A stretch of DNA of 64,000 bases from Aggregatilineales bacterium (GCA_029976005.1 JARKOQ010000172.1:2254-66253); one strand, 5' to 3'; positions 20,173 through 30,931 are shown, counted from the first letter of the stretch. Translations and numbers: made by a program. Notes: a model not told the origin generated them from the sequence alone.

Positions 20173-21497
20173 TGCACGTCCACTCCTAGCCTTGCCAGAG
20201 TCGCAGCGAAACCAGGGAACGAGTCGGCCACGCAGCCGGCCCCCTCGATCTGGCTGGGGCCGCGCGCGACGAGCGCGGCGATCGCCAGGCTCATCGCGAT
20301 CCGGTGATCGTCGTGGCCGTCCAGGGTGGCGCCGTGCAGCGGCTGCGGGCCGGACAGTTGGAAGCCATCCTCCGCTTCCAGGATGACCGCGCCCATCTTG
20401 CGCAGCTCGCCCGCCATGACGGCGATGCGGTCGGTTTCCTTGACGCGCAGCTCGCGGGCGTCGCGCACCGTGGTCTGGCCTTCGGCGCGCAGCGCGGCGA
20501 TCATGAAGGCGGGGAACTCATCGATCATGCGCACCACGGTTTCGCCGCCGACTTCGACGCCGCGCAGGCTGGCCGAGCGAATCGTCACCCGGCCCACGGG
20601 ATCGCCGCCCGCTTCACCCAGGACTTCCATTGTAACATCAGCGCCCATCGCCGCTAACACATCGACCAACCCGGTTCGGGTCGGGTTGAGGCTGACGTGC
20701 TCCAGAGTTACGGCGCTGCCGTCCAGGATGGAGGTGGCCACGATCAGGAAGGCCGCCGAGGAGAAGTCGCCGGGGATGGTCATGCCCAGCGCCCGGAGCG
20801 GGCGGCCGGGGATGAGGGTGACGCGCCCGCCGTCGACGCGCAGCTCGGCCCCCATCGCGGAGAGCAGGCGCTCGGTGTGGTCGCGTCCGGGGCCGGATTC
20901 CACGACGGTGGTCGGGCCTTCGGCAAACAGCCCGGCCAGCAGGATGGCGCTCTTGACCTGGGCGCTGGCGACGGGCAGGGCGTACTCAATGCCGCGCAAG
21001 GGGGCCGGCTCGAAGTGCAGGGGGGGATAGCCGCCGGCGCTGCTCACGCAAGCCCCCATGCGTTCCAGCGGCTCCGTGACCCGGCGCATGGGGCGGCGGC
21101 GAAGCTGCTCGGAGCCATCCAGGGTACTGGGGAACGGCTGGCCGGCCATGATCCCGGCCAGCAGGCGGATGCCGGTTCCTGCGTTGACGAGATTGAGCGA
21201 GTCGTCGGGCGGCTGGAACGCGCCGCCGTGGACGATCAGCGCAGTCGGCGCGGGCCGTTCGATGGTGATGCCAAGCCGGCGGACGGCGTTGAGGGTGGCC
21301 GTGGTATCTCCGGCGGGGAGCCAGCCTTCGACGCGGCTGATCCCGGACGCCATCGCCCCAAACAGGATGGCCCGGTGGCTGATGCTCTTGTCGCCGGGGA
21401 CGCGGGTCGTCCCGCGCAACGGCCCGCCGGGGGCCAGGCGCAGGACGTCGGGATCGACAGGTTGGGCGCTCGATGGGTCAAACGAGGTCGGTGACAT
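20169..21497 (-). CDS. aroA: EPSP synthase
   Basis: PGDKSISHR, RRPMRR, ASAQVKSA, RDHTER, KETDRI, DHRIAMS, SFPGF. Confidence 0.96.
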   Translation of the reverse strand: MSPTSFDPSSAQPVDPDVLRLAPGGPLRGTTRVPGDKSISHRAILFGAMASGISRVEGWLPAGDTTATLNAVRRLGITIERPAPTALIVHGGAFQPPDDSLNLVNAGTGIRLLAGIMAGQPFPSTLDGSEQLRRRPMRRVTEPLERMGACVSSAGGYPPLHFEPAPLRGIEYALPVASAQVKSAILLAGLFAEGPTTVVESGPGRDHTERLLSAMGAELRVDGGRVTLIPGRPLRALGMTIPGDFSSAAFLIVATSILDGSAVTLEHVSLNPTRTGLVDVLAAMGADVTMEVLGEAGGDPVGRVTIRSASLRGVEVGGETVVRMIDEFPAFMIAALRAEGQTTVRDARELRVKETDRIAVMAGELRKMGAVILEAEDGFQLSGPQPLHGATLDGHDDHRIAMSLAIAALVARGPSQIEGAGCVADSFPGFAATLARLGVDVH

Positions 21498-21533
21498 GGT
21501 GTGCCTGGCAGATCGTGCTGCCGGATAAGTCCG

Positions 21534-22412
21534 TTAGCGCAGGTGTTGCTCCGCCCAGGCCTCGCGGGAGTCGTGGGCGGCTTGCAGCAGGGCTTCGAGC
21601 TGGGTGTTGTCCTGGGCGACCAGCGACGCTTCCAGAATCGCGAGCTGGACGCGGTACAGGGCGAGCAGGCGCATGATGGCGGTCCGATTGGTGCTGATGA
21701 TGTCGGTCATCATCCGTACGCTGCTGCCGGCCAGCCGGGAGGTATCCCGAAAGCCCCCCGCCGCCAGCTCCCAGATCGTCGGATCGATCTGGCCCTCGGC
21801 GCTGATGGTGTTGACCAGGGAGGCGCTGAGCAGGTAGGGCAGGTGGCTGATCCCGGCGACCAGGCGATCGTGGCGGATGGCATCCATTTCGATCGGGACG
21901 GCCCCTATCGCGTCGACCAGTTCGAGGGCGCGAATCCGGGCGGCGGGGGTGGCCCGGCGCGGCGGGCACAGGACGAACGGGCGGCCCCGATAGAGCGTGG
22001 CTTCGGCGGCCTGGAGGCCGCTCTGCTCCTTGCCGCACATCGGATGGCCGCCCATCGCCTGGATGCCGATGGGCAGATTGCCCATCTCCTCGCAGATTTC
22101 GGCCTTGGTGCTGCCCAGATCGAGCAGCAGGGTATTGGAGCGGAGGTAGCTGCCCAGCCGGTTGTGAAGCATCTCCAGGATGATGCGCACCGGGGCGGCC
22201 AGGATGACGGTATCGGCATCCTGGACGCCCTCGCGGAGATCGGTGGTGCCCCGGTGGATGATTCCGCCCTTAAATGCATCCTCCAGGGAGTCTTGATCGG
22301 GATCGACGCCCGTGATGCTGCTGACCTTGTCGCGCAGGGCCAGCGCCAGGGAGCCACCCATCAGGCCAAGTCCCACAATGGCGACAGTCTGTCGTTCGAG
22401 CGAGCGAGTCAT
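21534..22412 (-). CDS. tyrA: Prephenate/arogenate dehydrogenase
   Basis: [47 protein letters not shown]; ATG 22412 overlaps the aroF stop (ATGA). Confidence 0.92.
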   Translation of the reverse strand: MTRSLERQTVAIVGLGLMGGSLALALRDKVSSITGVDPDQDSLEDAFKGGIIHRGTTDLREGVQDADTVILAAPVRIILEMLHNRLGSYLRSNTLLLDLGSTKAEICEEMGNLPIGIQAMGGHPMCGKEQSGLQAAEATLYRGRPFVLCPPRRATPAARIRALELVDAIGAVPIEMDAIRHDRLVAGISHLPYLLSASLVNTISAEGQIDPTIWELAAGGFRDTSRLAGSSVRMMTDIISTNRTAIMRLLALYRVQLAILEASLVAQDNTQLEALLQAAHDSREAWAEQHLR

Positions 22413-23428
22413 GCGGTTCTGTCCACGGCCTCGGCCACGCGCCGGATGGCGCGCATCATGTCCGCGAAGCGCTTTGGGGTCAGCGACTGCATCCCGTCGG
22501 AGACGGCTTCTTCCGGTTTGGGATGAACTTCGACGATCAGGCCGTCGGCTCCGGCGGCGATGGCGGCCTTCGCGGCCGGTTCGACGTACTGCCAGTAGCC
22601 GGTCGCGTGGCTGGGATCGGCGATCACGGGCAGGTGGGTGCGCTCCTTGAGGACGGGGATGGCGTTGATGTCGAACGTATTGCGGGTGTAGCGCTCGAAG
22701 GTGCGAATGCCGCGCTCGCACAGCATGACGCGGGTGTTGCCGTGGCTGAGGATGTATTCCGCCGCCATGAGCAGTTCTTCGATGGTGCTGCTCATGCCGC
22801 GCTTGAGCAGGACGGTATGCTGGGCCTTGCCGACGGCATGCAGCAGGGCATAGTTCTGCATGTTGCGCGCGCCGATTTGCAGCACGTCCGCGTAATCGCA
22901 GACCAGGGGCACCATCGACGAGTCCATGACCTCGGTTACGACGGGGAGGCCGGTCTGCTCGCGGGCTTCGGCCAGGTACTTGAGGCCTTCTTCACCGAGG
23001 CCCTGGAAGACATAGGGCGAGGTGCGCGGCTTGAACGCGCCGCCGCGCAGCGCGGTCGCCCCCGCTTCCTTGACGGCGTGAGCGGTCTCCAGGATTTGTT
23101 CCCGGCTTTCGACCGAACACGGGCCGGCCATGACGATGATCTTGCGGTCGCCGACCTTCGAGCCGTTGAGCGGGACAAGGGTATTGGCGGCATGGAAGTC
23201 GCGGCTGGCCAGCTTGTAAGGATGGCTGACCGGCATGGTGCGCTCGACGCCATCCATCATCTGGAATTGCTCGGCGTACTCGCGGATATTGCCATCGCCC
23301 ACGATGCCGATAATCGTGCGCTCTTCGCCGTCGCTGAGATGGGCTTCGTAGCCCAGCTTCTTGACGCGGGCGATGACGGCGGAGATTTCCTTGGTGGTGG
23401 ACCCAACTTTCATCACGACAATCATCAT
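22409..23428 (-). CDS. aroF: DAHP synthase (type I-beta) with N-terminal regulatory domain
   Basis: [45 protein letters not shown]; N-terminal MIVVMK...G.ERTIIG.VGD domain. Confidence 0.94.
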   Translation of the reverse strand: MMIVVMKVGSTTKEISAVIARVKKLGYEAHLSDGEERTIIGIVGDGNIREYAEQFQMMDGVERTMPVSHPYKLASRDFHAANTLVPLNGSKVGDRKIIVMAGPCSVESREQILETAHAVKEAGATALRGGAFKPRTSPYVFQGLGEEGLKYLAEAREQTGLPVVTEVMDSSMVPLVCDYADVLQIGARNMQNYALLHAVGKAQHTVLLKRGMSSTIEELLMAAEYILSHGNTRVMLCERGIRTFERYTRNTFDINAIPVLKERTHLPVIADPSHATGYWQYVEPAAKAAIAAGADGLIVEVHPKPEEAVSDGMQSLTPKRFADMMRAIRRVAEAVDRTA

Positions 23429-23442
23429 CCTCGATCTCCTTG

Positions 23443-23883
23443 CTAGCCTTGGTGGCGTGCCGGTTCAGGTTGTGGCCGGTGATCACCGGTCATTTCAGGT
23501 TGAGCGCGATCCGGGCGGAGGACTTCGGCTCCCCGGATGTAGACGTGGTGGATGTCCTTCTGGGTACGGCGCGTGTTCCAGTGAATCAGGACCCGGATGC
23601 AACGCGGCGGACTGTTGGGCGGGGCCATTTCCAGGGTCGTGAGCAGGGCCGTATCCACCCATCCAAGCTGGCGCGCGGCAACCGCCGGATAGGCCGCGGT
23701 CAGATCGGGGGTGACGGTGAAGATCACGCTGGCGACATCGTCCTGCTCGATCCCATTGGCGCTGATGATCTCCTCCAGCAGGGCGCGCGTGGCTTCATGG
23801 ATCGCGTCCGCCGTGTCGGCTTCGGCCAGCACGGCGCCTCGGATACCTCGGCAGGCCCAGGGGGGTTCGGACATAGTGCTCAC
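23443..23883 (-). CDS. aroH: AroH-class chorismate mutase
   Basis: [16 protein letters not shown]...[23 protein letters not shown]. Confidence 0.93.
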   Translation of the reverse strand: MSTMSEPPWACRGIRGAVLAEADTADAIHEATRALLEEIISANGIEQDDVASVIFTVTPDLTAAYPAVAARQLGWVDTALLTTLEMAPPNSPPRCIRVLIHWNTRRTQKDIHHVYIRGAEVLRPDRAQPEMTGDHRPQPEPARHQG

Positions 23884-23902
23884 CTTTCCATCGATTGGCG
23901 CG

Positions 23903-23939
23903 AAAACAAAAAAGCGCAGGGGCGTTATCCCTGCGCTTT
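23903..23939 (-). terminator. Attenuator terminator of the aro operon leader
   Basis: Minus strand AAAGCGCAGGG-ATAACGC-CCCTGCGCTTT followed by TTTGTTTT; perfect 11-bp stem ~25 nt upstream of aroH. Confidence 0.88.
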
Positions 23940-23959
23940 GACTTCCTGGTATGCCGCGC

Positions 23960-24037
23960 TTAAACCGCAGCAGATAACGCCCGACCCGGTGCTATGTCTC
24001 CCCAATAATAAAAGTAAAAGCCGAAATAACCGCGCAT
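23960..24037 (-). CDS. Aromatic amino acid leader peptide MRGYFGFYFYYWGDIAPGRALSAAV
   Basis: 8 of 9 consecutive codons are Tyr/Phe/Trp; lies between promoter and terminator; alternative in-frame ATG at 24082. Confidence 0.85.
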   Translation of the reverse strand: MRGYFGFYFYYWGDIAPGRALSAAV

Positions 24038-24116
24038 GCGGTCACTGGCTTGTTCTTTCGGAAGGAGATTCGCGAGCGGCATGGATCGGGACTCTCTGGC
24101 TGCAAACGCTGGATAC

Positions 24117-24145
24117 AGGATAGCGGCTTTACGGGACGCTGTCAA
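24117..24145 (-). promoter_or_regulatory. Sigma70-type promoter of the aro operon leader
   Basis: Minus strand TTGACA-N17-TATCCT. Confidence 0.8.
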
Positions 24146-24205
24146 CAAATCGCCCCACTGAGTTTTCCCAGGGGGCGATTGGACAGATTGGTTCGCGCGA
24201 CCGGA

Positions 24206-25192
24206 TTACCAGTTGGCGTGCACGTGCTCCCGGATATAGGCGTCGTAGACGGCCCGGACGTTGTCCATGAACGGCCGGGGCAGCGGCGCCAAACTGGCCG
24301 CTTCCACGTTCTGGCGGGCCTGGGCGGGCCGCTTGGCCCCAGGGATTGCGCAGGTCACGGCGTCGAACATCGTGATCCAGCGCAGGGCCGCGCCGACCAT
24401 GTCGTAGCCGGGCGGCAGGGCCGCCTTCAGCTCGTCCACGGCCCTCAGCCCAACCTCGTAGGGCACGCCGGAGAAGGTTTCGCCGACGTCGAACGACTCG
24501 CCGTGGCGGTTGAAGTTACGATGATCGTCGGCGGCGAAGGCAGACTGAGGGGTCATCTTGCCGGTGAGCAGCCCGCTGGCCAGCGGCACGCGGGCGAGGA
24601 TGCCCACCTGCTTTTCTTTCGCCAGCGGGAAGAATTCCTCGGCGGGCTTGAGCCGGAACATATTGAAGATGATCTGCACCGACTGAATGTTGGGATAGCG
24701 TCTGACGGCGGTGAGGGCTTCGCTCACCTTTTCGACGCTGATGCCGTAGTAGCGAATCTTGCCCTCGCGGACGAGACGCTCCAGGGCGTCGAAGGTCGAG
24801 TCCTGCTCGTAGGCCGGGGTGGGCGGGCAATGAAGCTGAACCAGATCGAGCGCCTCCGTCTCCAGGTTCTTGAGGCTGCGCTCGATGAACCCGGCCAGGT
24901 TGGCGTAGTTGTAGCCCGCGGCGGTATGTGGATCGAGCCGCCGCCCGGCCTTGGTCGCCACGAAGACCTTCTCGCGCCGGGCCTTCAGCGTCTGGGCGAT
25001 CAGGCGTTCGCTGCGTCCATCTCCATACACGTCCGCCGTGTCGATGAAGTTGACTCCCAGGTCGATGGCGGTATTCAGCGCGCCCAGCGCTTCTTCGTCC
25101 GTGACACTGCCCCAGGCGCCGCCGATGGCCCACGCGCCGAAGCTGATCACCGAGACCTGCATGTCGGTCCGGCCGAGTTGTCTATATTCCAT
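24206..25192 (-). CDS. Aldo/keto reductase
   Basis: MEYRQLGRT, FGAWAIGG.WG, IDTADVYGDG.SE, ATK, SLKNL, QLH, PLASGLLTGK, IPGA. Confidence 0.92.
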   Translation of the reverse strand: MEYRQLGRTDMQVSVISFGAWAIGGAWGSVTDEEALGALNTAIDLGVNFIDTADVYGDGRSERLIAQTLKARREKVFVATKAGRRLDPHTAAGYNYANLAGFIERSLKNLETEALDLVQLHCPPTPAYEQDSTFDALERLVREGKIRYYGISVEKVSEALTAVRRYPNIQSVQIIFNMFRLKPAEEFFPLAKEKQVGILARVPLASGLLTGKMTPQSAFAADDHRNFNRHGESFDVGETFSGVPYEVGLRAVDELKAALPPGYDMVGAALRWITMFDAVTCAIPGAKRPAQARQNVEAASLAPLPRPFMDNVRAVYDAYIREHVHANW

Positions 25193-25229
25193 GCGTGCCG
25201 TCTCCTCTACTGTGTGTGAACGCGGCCAG

Positions 25230-26003
25230 TTACGGCCGGTGTCCGCTGCGACGAAAAGCCAGGGGGAGCAGGCCAACCGCCAGCGCCACCAGAATCCAGG
25301 GACCGGCCTGAACAGCCAGATCGAACACCGGCTCAGGCAGTAGCCTCCACAGCACTGTGGCGGCCGCGATACCAACCGTGGTCAGGATCAGTCCGGAGGG
25401 CAGCAGCCGAGCCATCTGGCGGCGGTTGGCCGCCGCGGTCAGCAGGATGGCGCTGCCCAGAAGGGCCACGAACAGCGGCCAGGTGCGGCCGAGGCCGCCG
25501 CCCAGACCGGGTTCCAGGACCATCCAGCAGCCCAATGCTCCCCAGAGCAGACTCAGCATCCCCAGGAAGAACGCGCCGTACGCCCGGCGCTGCCGATCCC
25601 GCCAGTAGGCCACCAGCACCACGGCCAGGCCCACGGCCGCGATCAGGACGATCAGGCCCGGCACCAGGATCATGCCGCCGGACAGGGCCGGCCAGAGAAG
25701 AATCACCCCCAGCGCAATCAGCAGAATCGCCGCCATGAAGGAGGATAACCCAGGCTGGCGCGCGGCCTGTCCGGCCAGTGGGGTGGACAGCGCGCCTTCC
25801 GGCGGGGGCGCTGACGGCTCGGCCGGGGAGGGTATCGGCTCCTGCTCTGGCCCGGCGCTCTCCCCCACGATCGCGGCTGGCGCGGTTTCCTGTTCCAGGG
25901 CGTCGCCGTCTGGTCGTGGGGCGGGGCTGTCCAGGGGTTCCGGCTCCGGGGCCGGCAGGTCTTCGTCGGGTAATGGGTTGCGTGGTGATTCCAGGTCTGA
26001 CAT
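25230..26003 (-). CDS. Hypothetical membrane protein with disordered Pro/Glu N-terminus
   Basis: Low-complexity N-terminus then about 6 TM segments including 'TWPLFVALLG'. Confidence 0.6.
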   Translation of the reverse strand: MSDLESPRNPLPDEDLPAPEPEPLDSPAPRPDGDALEQETAPAAIVGESAGPEQEPIPSPAEPSAPPPEGALSTPLAGQAARQPGLSSFMAAILLIALGVILLWPALSGGMILVPGLIVLIAAVGLAVVLVAYWRDRQRRAYGAFFLGMLSLLWGALGCWMVLEPGLGGGLGRTWPLFVALLGSAILLTAAANRRQMARLLPSGLILTTVGIAAATVLWRLLPEPVFDLAVQAGPWILVALAVGLLPLAFRRSGHRP

Positions 26004-26103
26004 AGATGTTTCCCCCGCAGGGTGATGACGCACGTGTATTGTAGCAGAGGAGGCAGAGGTCTGCCCAATCCACGGACCGGCACGAGATGACGGAATAAAG
26101 AAA

Positions 26104-26187
26104 TGCTGAATTTTGAATTATTAATTTTTAATTAAATGCGTAGCGTTTTGTCTTCAATTCAAAATTCAAAATTAAGTATTCAAAATT
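26104..26187. repeat. Inverted arrays of AT-rich heptamer repeats
   Basis: Left TGCTGAA-TTTTGAA-TTATTAA-TTTTTAA; right TTCAAAA-TTCAAAA-TTAAGTA-TTCAAAA; very AT-rich in a high-GC context. Confidence 0.7.
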
Positions 26188-26270
26188 GTGTCAGGTTGCC
26201 AGCCGGGAGGAGAGCGATTATGATGCTTGGCGTGCCCTGTGACCCTGTTCATCCAGAAAGCCGTCCGCCC

Positions 26271-27098
26271 ATGCCCAGAGCGACCATGATCGTGACCTCC
26301 ACCCTGCGGGAGTCCATGTCCAGTATTGCCGAAGCCATCTGCCAGGTGTGGGAAGCGGACGTCGATACCCCGGCCGTCTATGCCGAACACTGCCGGGCTC
26401 AGAACGCCGACCTAGAGCACTCCGTTCTGGCCACGACGCCGGACGGCCGGTTGGTGGGAATCGGGATGCTGTGCCGGCGCGGGGAGCGCGGCTTCGTGCT
26501 GGATTTTGGGATCACGCCTCCGTATCGCGGCCAGGGATTGGGGCACCAGCTCTTTGCGGCTCTTGTGGAGCGCATGCGGGCGGCCGGCTTGCGCGAAGTC
26601 TCGCTGATGGTCAACGCCGAGAATGTGGCGGCAATCCGAATCTATTTGCAGGCGGGCTTCCAGCAGATGCGCGAGATGGTGACTCTGCGCGGCAAGGTGG
26701 CGGCCTACGCGCCGGCCAGCGCGAGCGAAGTGCGCCAGGACCTAGCGGCAACGATCCTGGCCTGGTACGGGAGCGGCAAAGCCGCGCGCCCGTATTGGGA
26801 GCGCGAGCTGCCCGCGCTGCTGGCGATGAGGACGCGCGCCTTTGAGAACCGGCGCGGCTTTATGCTCGTCCGTCGCTCACCGTTCTTTCGCCAGGTCGAT
26901 ATCGTACACCTGGGCCTCGATCCGGCGGCCGTAATCGAAGACGTGAACGGCCTGGTGTATGCGGCCAGCGCGGTCTTTGGCGACGATCTCCCGCTGGCGC
27001 TGGTCGACGAGCCGGAAGGCAGCCGGGCCTGCCAGCAGTTGCTCGATTTGGGCTTCCGGGAGGTCGAGCGAAACCACGAGATGCGATTGACCCTCTAA
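26271..27098 (+). CDS. GNAT-family acetyltransferase
   Basis: Acetyl-CoA motif 'GITPPYRGQGLGHQL', 'L.VNAENVAAIRIY..AGF'; degenerate second GNAT fold; start uncertain. Confidence 0.8.
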   Translation: MPRATMIVTSTLRESMSSIAEAICQVWEADVDTPAVYAEHCRAQNADLEHSVLATTPDGRLVGIGMLCRRGERGFVLDFGITPPYRGQGLGHQLFAALVERMRAAGLREVSLMVNAENVAAIRIYLQAGFQQMREMVTLRGKVAAYAPASASEVRQDLAATILAWYGSGKAARPYWERELPALLAMRTRAFENRRGFMLVRRSPFFRQVDIVHLGLDPAAVIEDVNGLVYAASAVFGDDLPLALVDEPEGSRACQQLLDLGFREVERNHEMRLTL

Positions 27099-27104
27099 GC
27101 AGCC

Positions 27105-30100
27105 CTAGCGCAGCGGCCTGGGGCTGGTATCGCGCACGATCAGGTCGTCGAAACAGGCGGTTGTGTTAGGCTCGACCCCCAGGGCGACCGTGCCGCCCAG
27201 CCAGTGTGAGTCGATATCGACCCCAACCAGCCGCCCGTTGAGGAAGAACGCGATCCGGTTGTCCAGCGCCACGACGATCAACTCCATCCACTCCGGCCAG
27301 GTGCCGGCGTCGTCGCGGGGAACCTCTTCCTGGAACAGGACGCGCTGCTCGCCGGGGGTTTGCAGGGAGACGGTGAACGTATAGCGCGCGTCCCAGGTGC
27401 GGGTGAGATCGAAGCGATACTGATCCAGGTTGGCGCCGGTGATGGTCGGCACGGCGCGCGCGCCCAGCCAGGCGGTGCCGCTGCTCCCCTGCGGGAAGTG
27501 AATCATGACCCTGGCGTAGAAGTCGCTCGAGTCGCTATACGTTCGCTGATCCTGCCCACGGCCGAAGATGGTGCGATCCTCGGAGATGGCCTCGCGCATC
27601 AGCCGCCATGTGGGGCGGTCGAGGTAGGTCATGCAGTAGATCGTGCCGTGGTCGGGCTGGGTGCTGTCGGTGACGTACTGGCCCGGCCCAGGCTGGCCGC
27701 CTTCCCACCACCAATCCGTCCGGAAGGCGTTATCAAAGAATTCGTACCAGTCGTTGAGCAAATCCTGAATCTGGCGGGTGTTCAGGTCGGTCAGGATGTC
27801 AAACGCGAAGCGGGCATCCTCGCTGCCGGAGCGGGCGATTGCGGTGATCAGCACGTCGTCGAGCTGGAAAATGTCCAGATTGTGGGCCAGGAATGCGATG
27901 CTGCCTTCCGCAGGCGCTGCGGTGAGCGTGCCATCGAAAAAGAGCTGGCCGCTCCGGTAGATCAGCATGCGCTGGCCGACCAGGCGGATGAACAAATCGA
28001 TCCAGTTGCCCCGCCCGTAGAAATTGGGGACGCCCTGTTCCTGAAGGACCTGACCCTCCGCGCTGACCACCCGAATCGCCAGATTGCCGCCGTTCAGATC
28101 GAGCAGGACGATCCCCTGGGGGCTTTCCCGTAGCACGATCTGCAAGCCGCCCTGGATGCTGAGCAGGCGCAGGCCGAGGCCGAAATCGGCCAGGGGCGGG
28201 GTGTTGGCCCGGATCAGCGCGTCTTTCTCCAGCCGGACGAACTGGTTACCCGCGTCTTCTAGGCCCATCGTGACGTTGGTTAGATTACTGCGTGTCCAGG
28301 TCGCCGGGAAGTCCGACCCCTGGAAGTGCTCGCTGGCGAGCAGGGGCTGCTCGATCTTGAGATCATCAATGTTGATGCCCTGCTGCTGGGCCACCGTCTG
28401 GAACAGGATCGCGCCGGGGGGCAGCGCGCCGGCGATCGTATCGTCGACCCGCGCGATCAACTGGTCGTCGAGGTACACGAAGATGCGCGCGCCTTCCACC
28501 CAGACCATGAGCTGATACCACCGCCCGCTCTGGATGGGGGCGTTGATCGTGCGCAGGACGCGCTCGTTGGTGCGGATGAGGTGGTCGCCATAGTTGCCCC
28601 GCCGGACGACCAGCAGCCCGGAGAAATACTCCAGGGCATAGTAGCCGCTTTCGGAGAAGGCGAAGAGCAGCCGGCCGCCGCTGGTGGGATCGGTGAGGCT
28701 GGTGCGGAAGGACACCACGAGGTCGCCGTCATTGGACAGCCATTCCGGCAGTTCAGTGCCCAGGATTTCGATGGGGTTGCCCAACCCGGCCCGGCCCTGC
28801 AGGTGGCGATTGCCGCCCTCGGTGATGATCCGCCAGTAATCCGGGTTGTAGTCCCAGCCGGCCAGCGAGTCGTCCCGCTCGAAATCGGCGACGTAGGGCA
28901 TCCGGCCCAGCGGGACCGGAGTCGGCGATGGGATGGGCGTCTCGGTCGCCGTGGGGGTGGCACTGGGCGTCGCGCTCGGCGTTGGCGTGTCCGTGGGCGT
29001 CGGTGTGGCGGTGTTCGTCGCCGTGGGTGTGTCCGTCGGCGTTGCGGTGGCGGTATCTGTCGGCGACGGTGTGTCCGTCGGCGTGGTCGTGACGGTATGG
29101 GTTGCCGTGGGGGTCTCCGTCGGTGACGGCGTGTTCGTCGGAGTCGCGGTTGGCGTGTCTGTGGCGGTTGCCGTAGGCGTGTCCGTCGGCGTTGCGGTGG
29201 CGGTATCTGTTGGCGACGGCGTGTCGGTCGGCGTGGACGTGGCGGTATGAGTTGCCGTGGGGGTATCCGTCGGTGACGGCGTGCCCGTCGGCGTCATGGT
29301 CTCGGTATCCGTCGGCGAGGGTGTGTCGGTCGGCGTGTGCGACGGGGTGACGGTGACCGTCGGAGTTGCCGTGCTCGATGGTGTTGGCGTTGTCGATGGG
29401 GTGTCCGTGAGCGTCGCCGTGGGCGTTTCCGTCAGGGTGAGGGTCGGTTCGAGCGCGATCGCAGCCGGCGTATCCGAGGGCAGGGCCGGCGTCTGCGTGG
29501 CGCTGGGAGTTTCGGTGAGGGCCGCGCCGGCTGTGGCCGTGAGATGGGCCTGCGCGAGGGCGAGGGCGGTCTCGGTCGCGGAGAGGTTGCCCTGCCCGGC
29601 CGCGCTCGCGATCACCAGGATGGCGATGGCAAAAACCGCCACCAGCGCGATCCCGCCAACCACGAGCGCCGGGCTGGCCGCGAGGGCGCGCGGGCGCTGG
29701 ACGGTCTTTTCGGCGGGCGGGGTGGGCGGAGTCTGTGCTGCTTCTTTCTGCGGGACGGTGGGTGGTTCCGGCGGCGCAGGCTCGGTTTCGCTGCCTGTCC
29801 TGGCGCGGCGCTCGGCCATCTCCTGGATGGTCGCCTGGGCCACCTGGCGCAGGGCCGTGGGGGTGACGTCGGCCGTGCTTTCCAGCGCTGATGCCAGATC
29901 GCGCACGAGATCGGCGACCGTCTGATAGCGATCGTCGGGGGCCTTGGCCATCGCCCTGGCGATGATCTCATCGATCGCGGGCGGCAGGTCCGGATTCAGG
30001 GCGCAGGCGGCCGGCACCGGCTCGTTGATGTGCTTGAGCACGATGCCCATCGGGGTTTCCGCCCTGAACGGGGGCTGGCCCGTGAGCATCTCGAACAGCA

Positions 30101-30689
30101 TGACGCCCAGCGAATAGATATCCGAGCGCCCATCGACGTGAATGCCCATGCCCTGTTCCGGGGACATATAGCCGGGCGTGCCCACGGCGACACCGCTGGC
30201 GGTCAGCCCTTCGGTGCTCTCGATCATGCGCGCCACGCCGAAGTCGGTCAGGAAGGCGTTGCCTTCGGCGTCGATCAGGATGTTGGAAGGCTTGATGTCG
30301 CGGTGGACGACTCCATGACGGTGGGCATAGTCCAGGGCGGAGGCGATCTGCCGGAACAGGAAGACCACCTCGGCGTACGGCAACTGCCGGCGCTCCAGAA
30401 TGTCCTTGAGCGTGCCGGTGGGCATGTAGCGCATGACGATGTAGGGCGGATCGGCAGTCGGGTTGTAGTCGTAGACCGGCAAGATGTGGGGGTGTTCCAG
30501 GCGGGCGATGAGTTGGGCTTCGCGCTGGAAGCGCTCCACGGCCGTCTGATCGAGGGCGATCGCCCGGTGGATGACCTTGATGGCGACGTCGCGTCCGACG
30601 CGCTCCTGAACGGCACGATAGACCGTGGCCATGCCGCCGTGGCCGATTTCCTCCACGATCAGATAGGACCCCAGACGTGTGCCGATCAT
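27105..30689 (-). CDS. Membrane Hanks-type Ser/Thr protein kinase with Thr/Pro stalk and extracellular beta-sandwich domains
   Basis: [42 protein letters not shown]; TM segment; TPT repeats. Confidence 0.93.
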   Translation of the reverse strand: MIGTRLGSYLIVEEIGHGGMATVYRAVQERVGRDVAIKVIHRAIALDQTAVERFQREAQLIARLEHPHILPVYDYNPTADPPYIVMRYMPTGTLKDILERRQLPYAEVVFLFRQIASALDYAHRHGVVHRDIKPSNILIDAEGNAFLTDFGVARMIESTEGLTASGVAVGTPGYMSPEQGMGIHVDGRSDIYSLGVMLFEMLTGQPPFRAETPMGIVLKHINEPVPAACALNPDLPPAIDEIIARAMAKAPDDRYQTVADLVRDLASALESTADVTPTALRQVAQATIQEMAERRARTGSETEPAPPEPPTVPQKEAAQTPPTPPAEKTVQRPRALAASPALVVGGIALVAVFAIAILVIASAAGQGNLSATETALALAQAHLTATAGAALTETPSATQTPALPSDTPAAIALEPTLTLTETPTATLTDTPSTTPTPSSTATPTVTVTPSHTPTDTPSPTDTETMTPTGTPSPTDTPTATHTATSTPTDTPSPTDTATATPTDTPTATATDTPTATPTNTPSPTETPTATHTVTTTPTDTPSPTDTATATPTDTPTATNTATPTPTDTPTPSATPSATPTATETPIPSPTPVPLGRMPYVADFERDDSLAGWDYNPDYWRIITEGGNRHLQGRAGLGNPIEILGTELPEWLSNDGDLVVSFRTSLTDPTSGGRLLFAFSESGYYALEYFSGLLVVRRGNYGDHLIRTNERVLRTINAPIQSGRWYQLMVWVEGARIFVYLDDQLIARVDDTIAGALPPGAILFQTVAQQQGINIDDLKIEQPLLASEHFQGSDFPATWTRSNLTNVTMGLEDAGNQFVRLEKDALIRANTPPLADFGLGLRLLSIQGGLQIVLRESPQGIVLLDLNGGNLAIRVVSAEGQVLQEQGVPNFYGRGNWIDLFIRLVGQRMLIYRSGQLFFDGTLTAAPAEGSIAFLAHNLDIFQLDDVLITAIARSGSEDARFAFDILTDLNTRQIQDLLNDWYEFFDNAFRTDWWWEGGQPGPGQYVTDSTQPDHGTIYCMTYLDRPTWRLMREAISEDRTIFGRGQDQRTYSDSSDFYARVMIHFPQGSSGTAWLGARAVPTITGANLDQYRFDLTRTWDARYTFTVSLQTPGEQRVLFQEEVPRDDAGTWPEWMELIVVALDNRIAFFLNGRLVGVDIDSHWLGGTVALGVEPNTTACFDDLIVRDTSPRPLR
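29029..29283 (-). repeat. 150-bp-period internal duplication in the TPT-repeat stalk
   Basis: 29031-29133 nearly identical to 29181-29283 (GTCCGTCGGCGTTGCGGTGGCGGTATCTGT...). Confidence 0.8.
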
Positions 30690-30931
30690 GCGGTATCCTG
30701 CCGGAGGCCACCGGCGGTTTCAGGTGGGGACAAATGCCAGCCCGGTGAGGCGCATACACCCTGTGCCGGGGATTGTAGCATAGGATTTCGGGGGATGCAC
30801 GCGGCCGCGCGGGCAGAATCGAGGCCGGAAAGGCGGCGAAGCGCCTGTGCGGCAGACAGAATCAGGCCCGGTTGCGCCTGCCGGGCCTTGACGAGTTCGG
30901 GTGGGTGCCAGACTGAATTCCGGGCGGCCGG

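Noticed and set aside
16076-22721. Apparent N-terminal extensions or fusions of aroQ and tyrA (likewise hoxW, rad50, the ABC permease and pduO)
   Set aside because: The extensions overlap upstream genes in another frame; true starts lie downstream, mostly coupled to the upstream gene's stop
23940-24110. T-box riboswitch ahead of the aro operon
   Set aside because: No GGTGGNACC T-box motif before the terminator; the leader peptide and antiterminator explain the region
28930-29460. Possible CRISPR or non-coding repeat array
   Set aside because: In-frame Thr/Pro coding repeats with no constant repeat plus unique spacer structure
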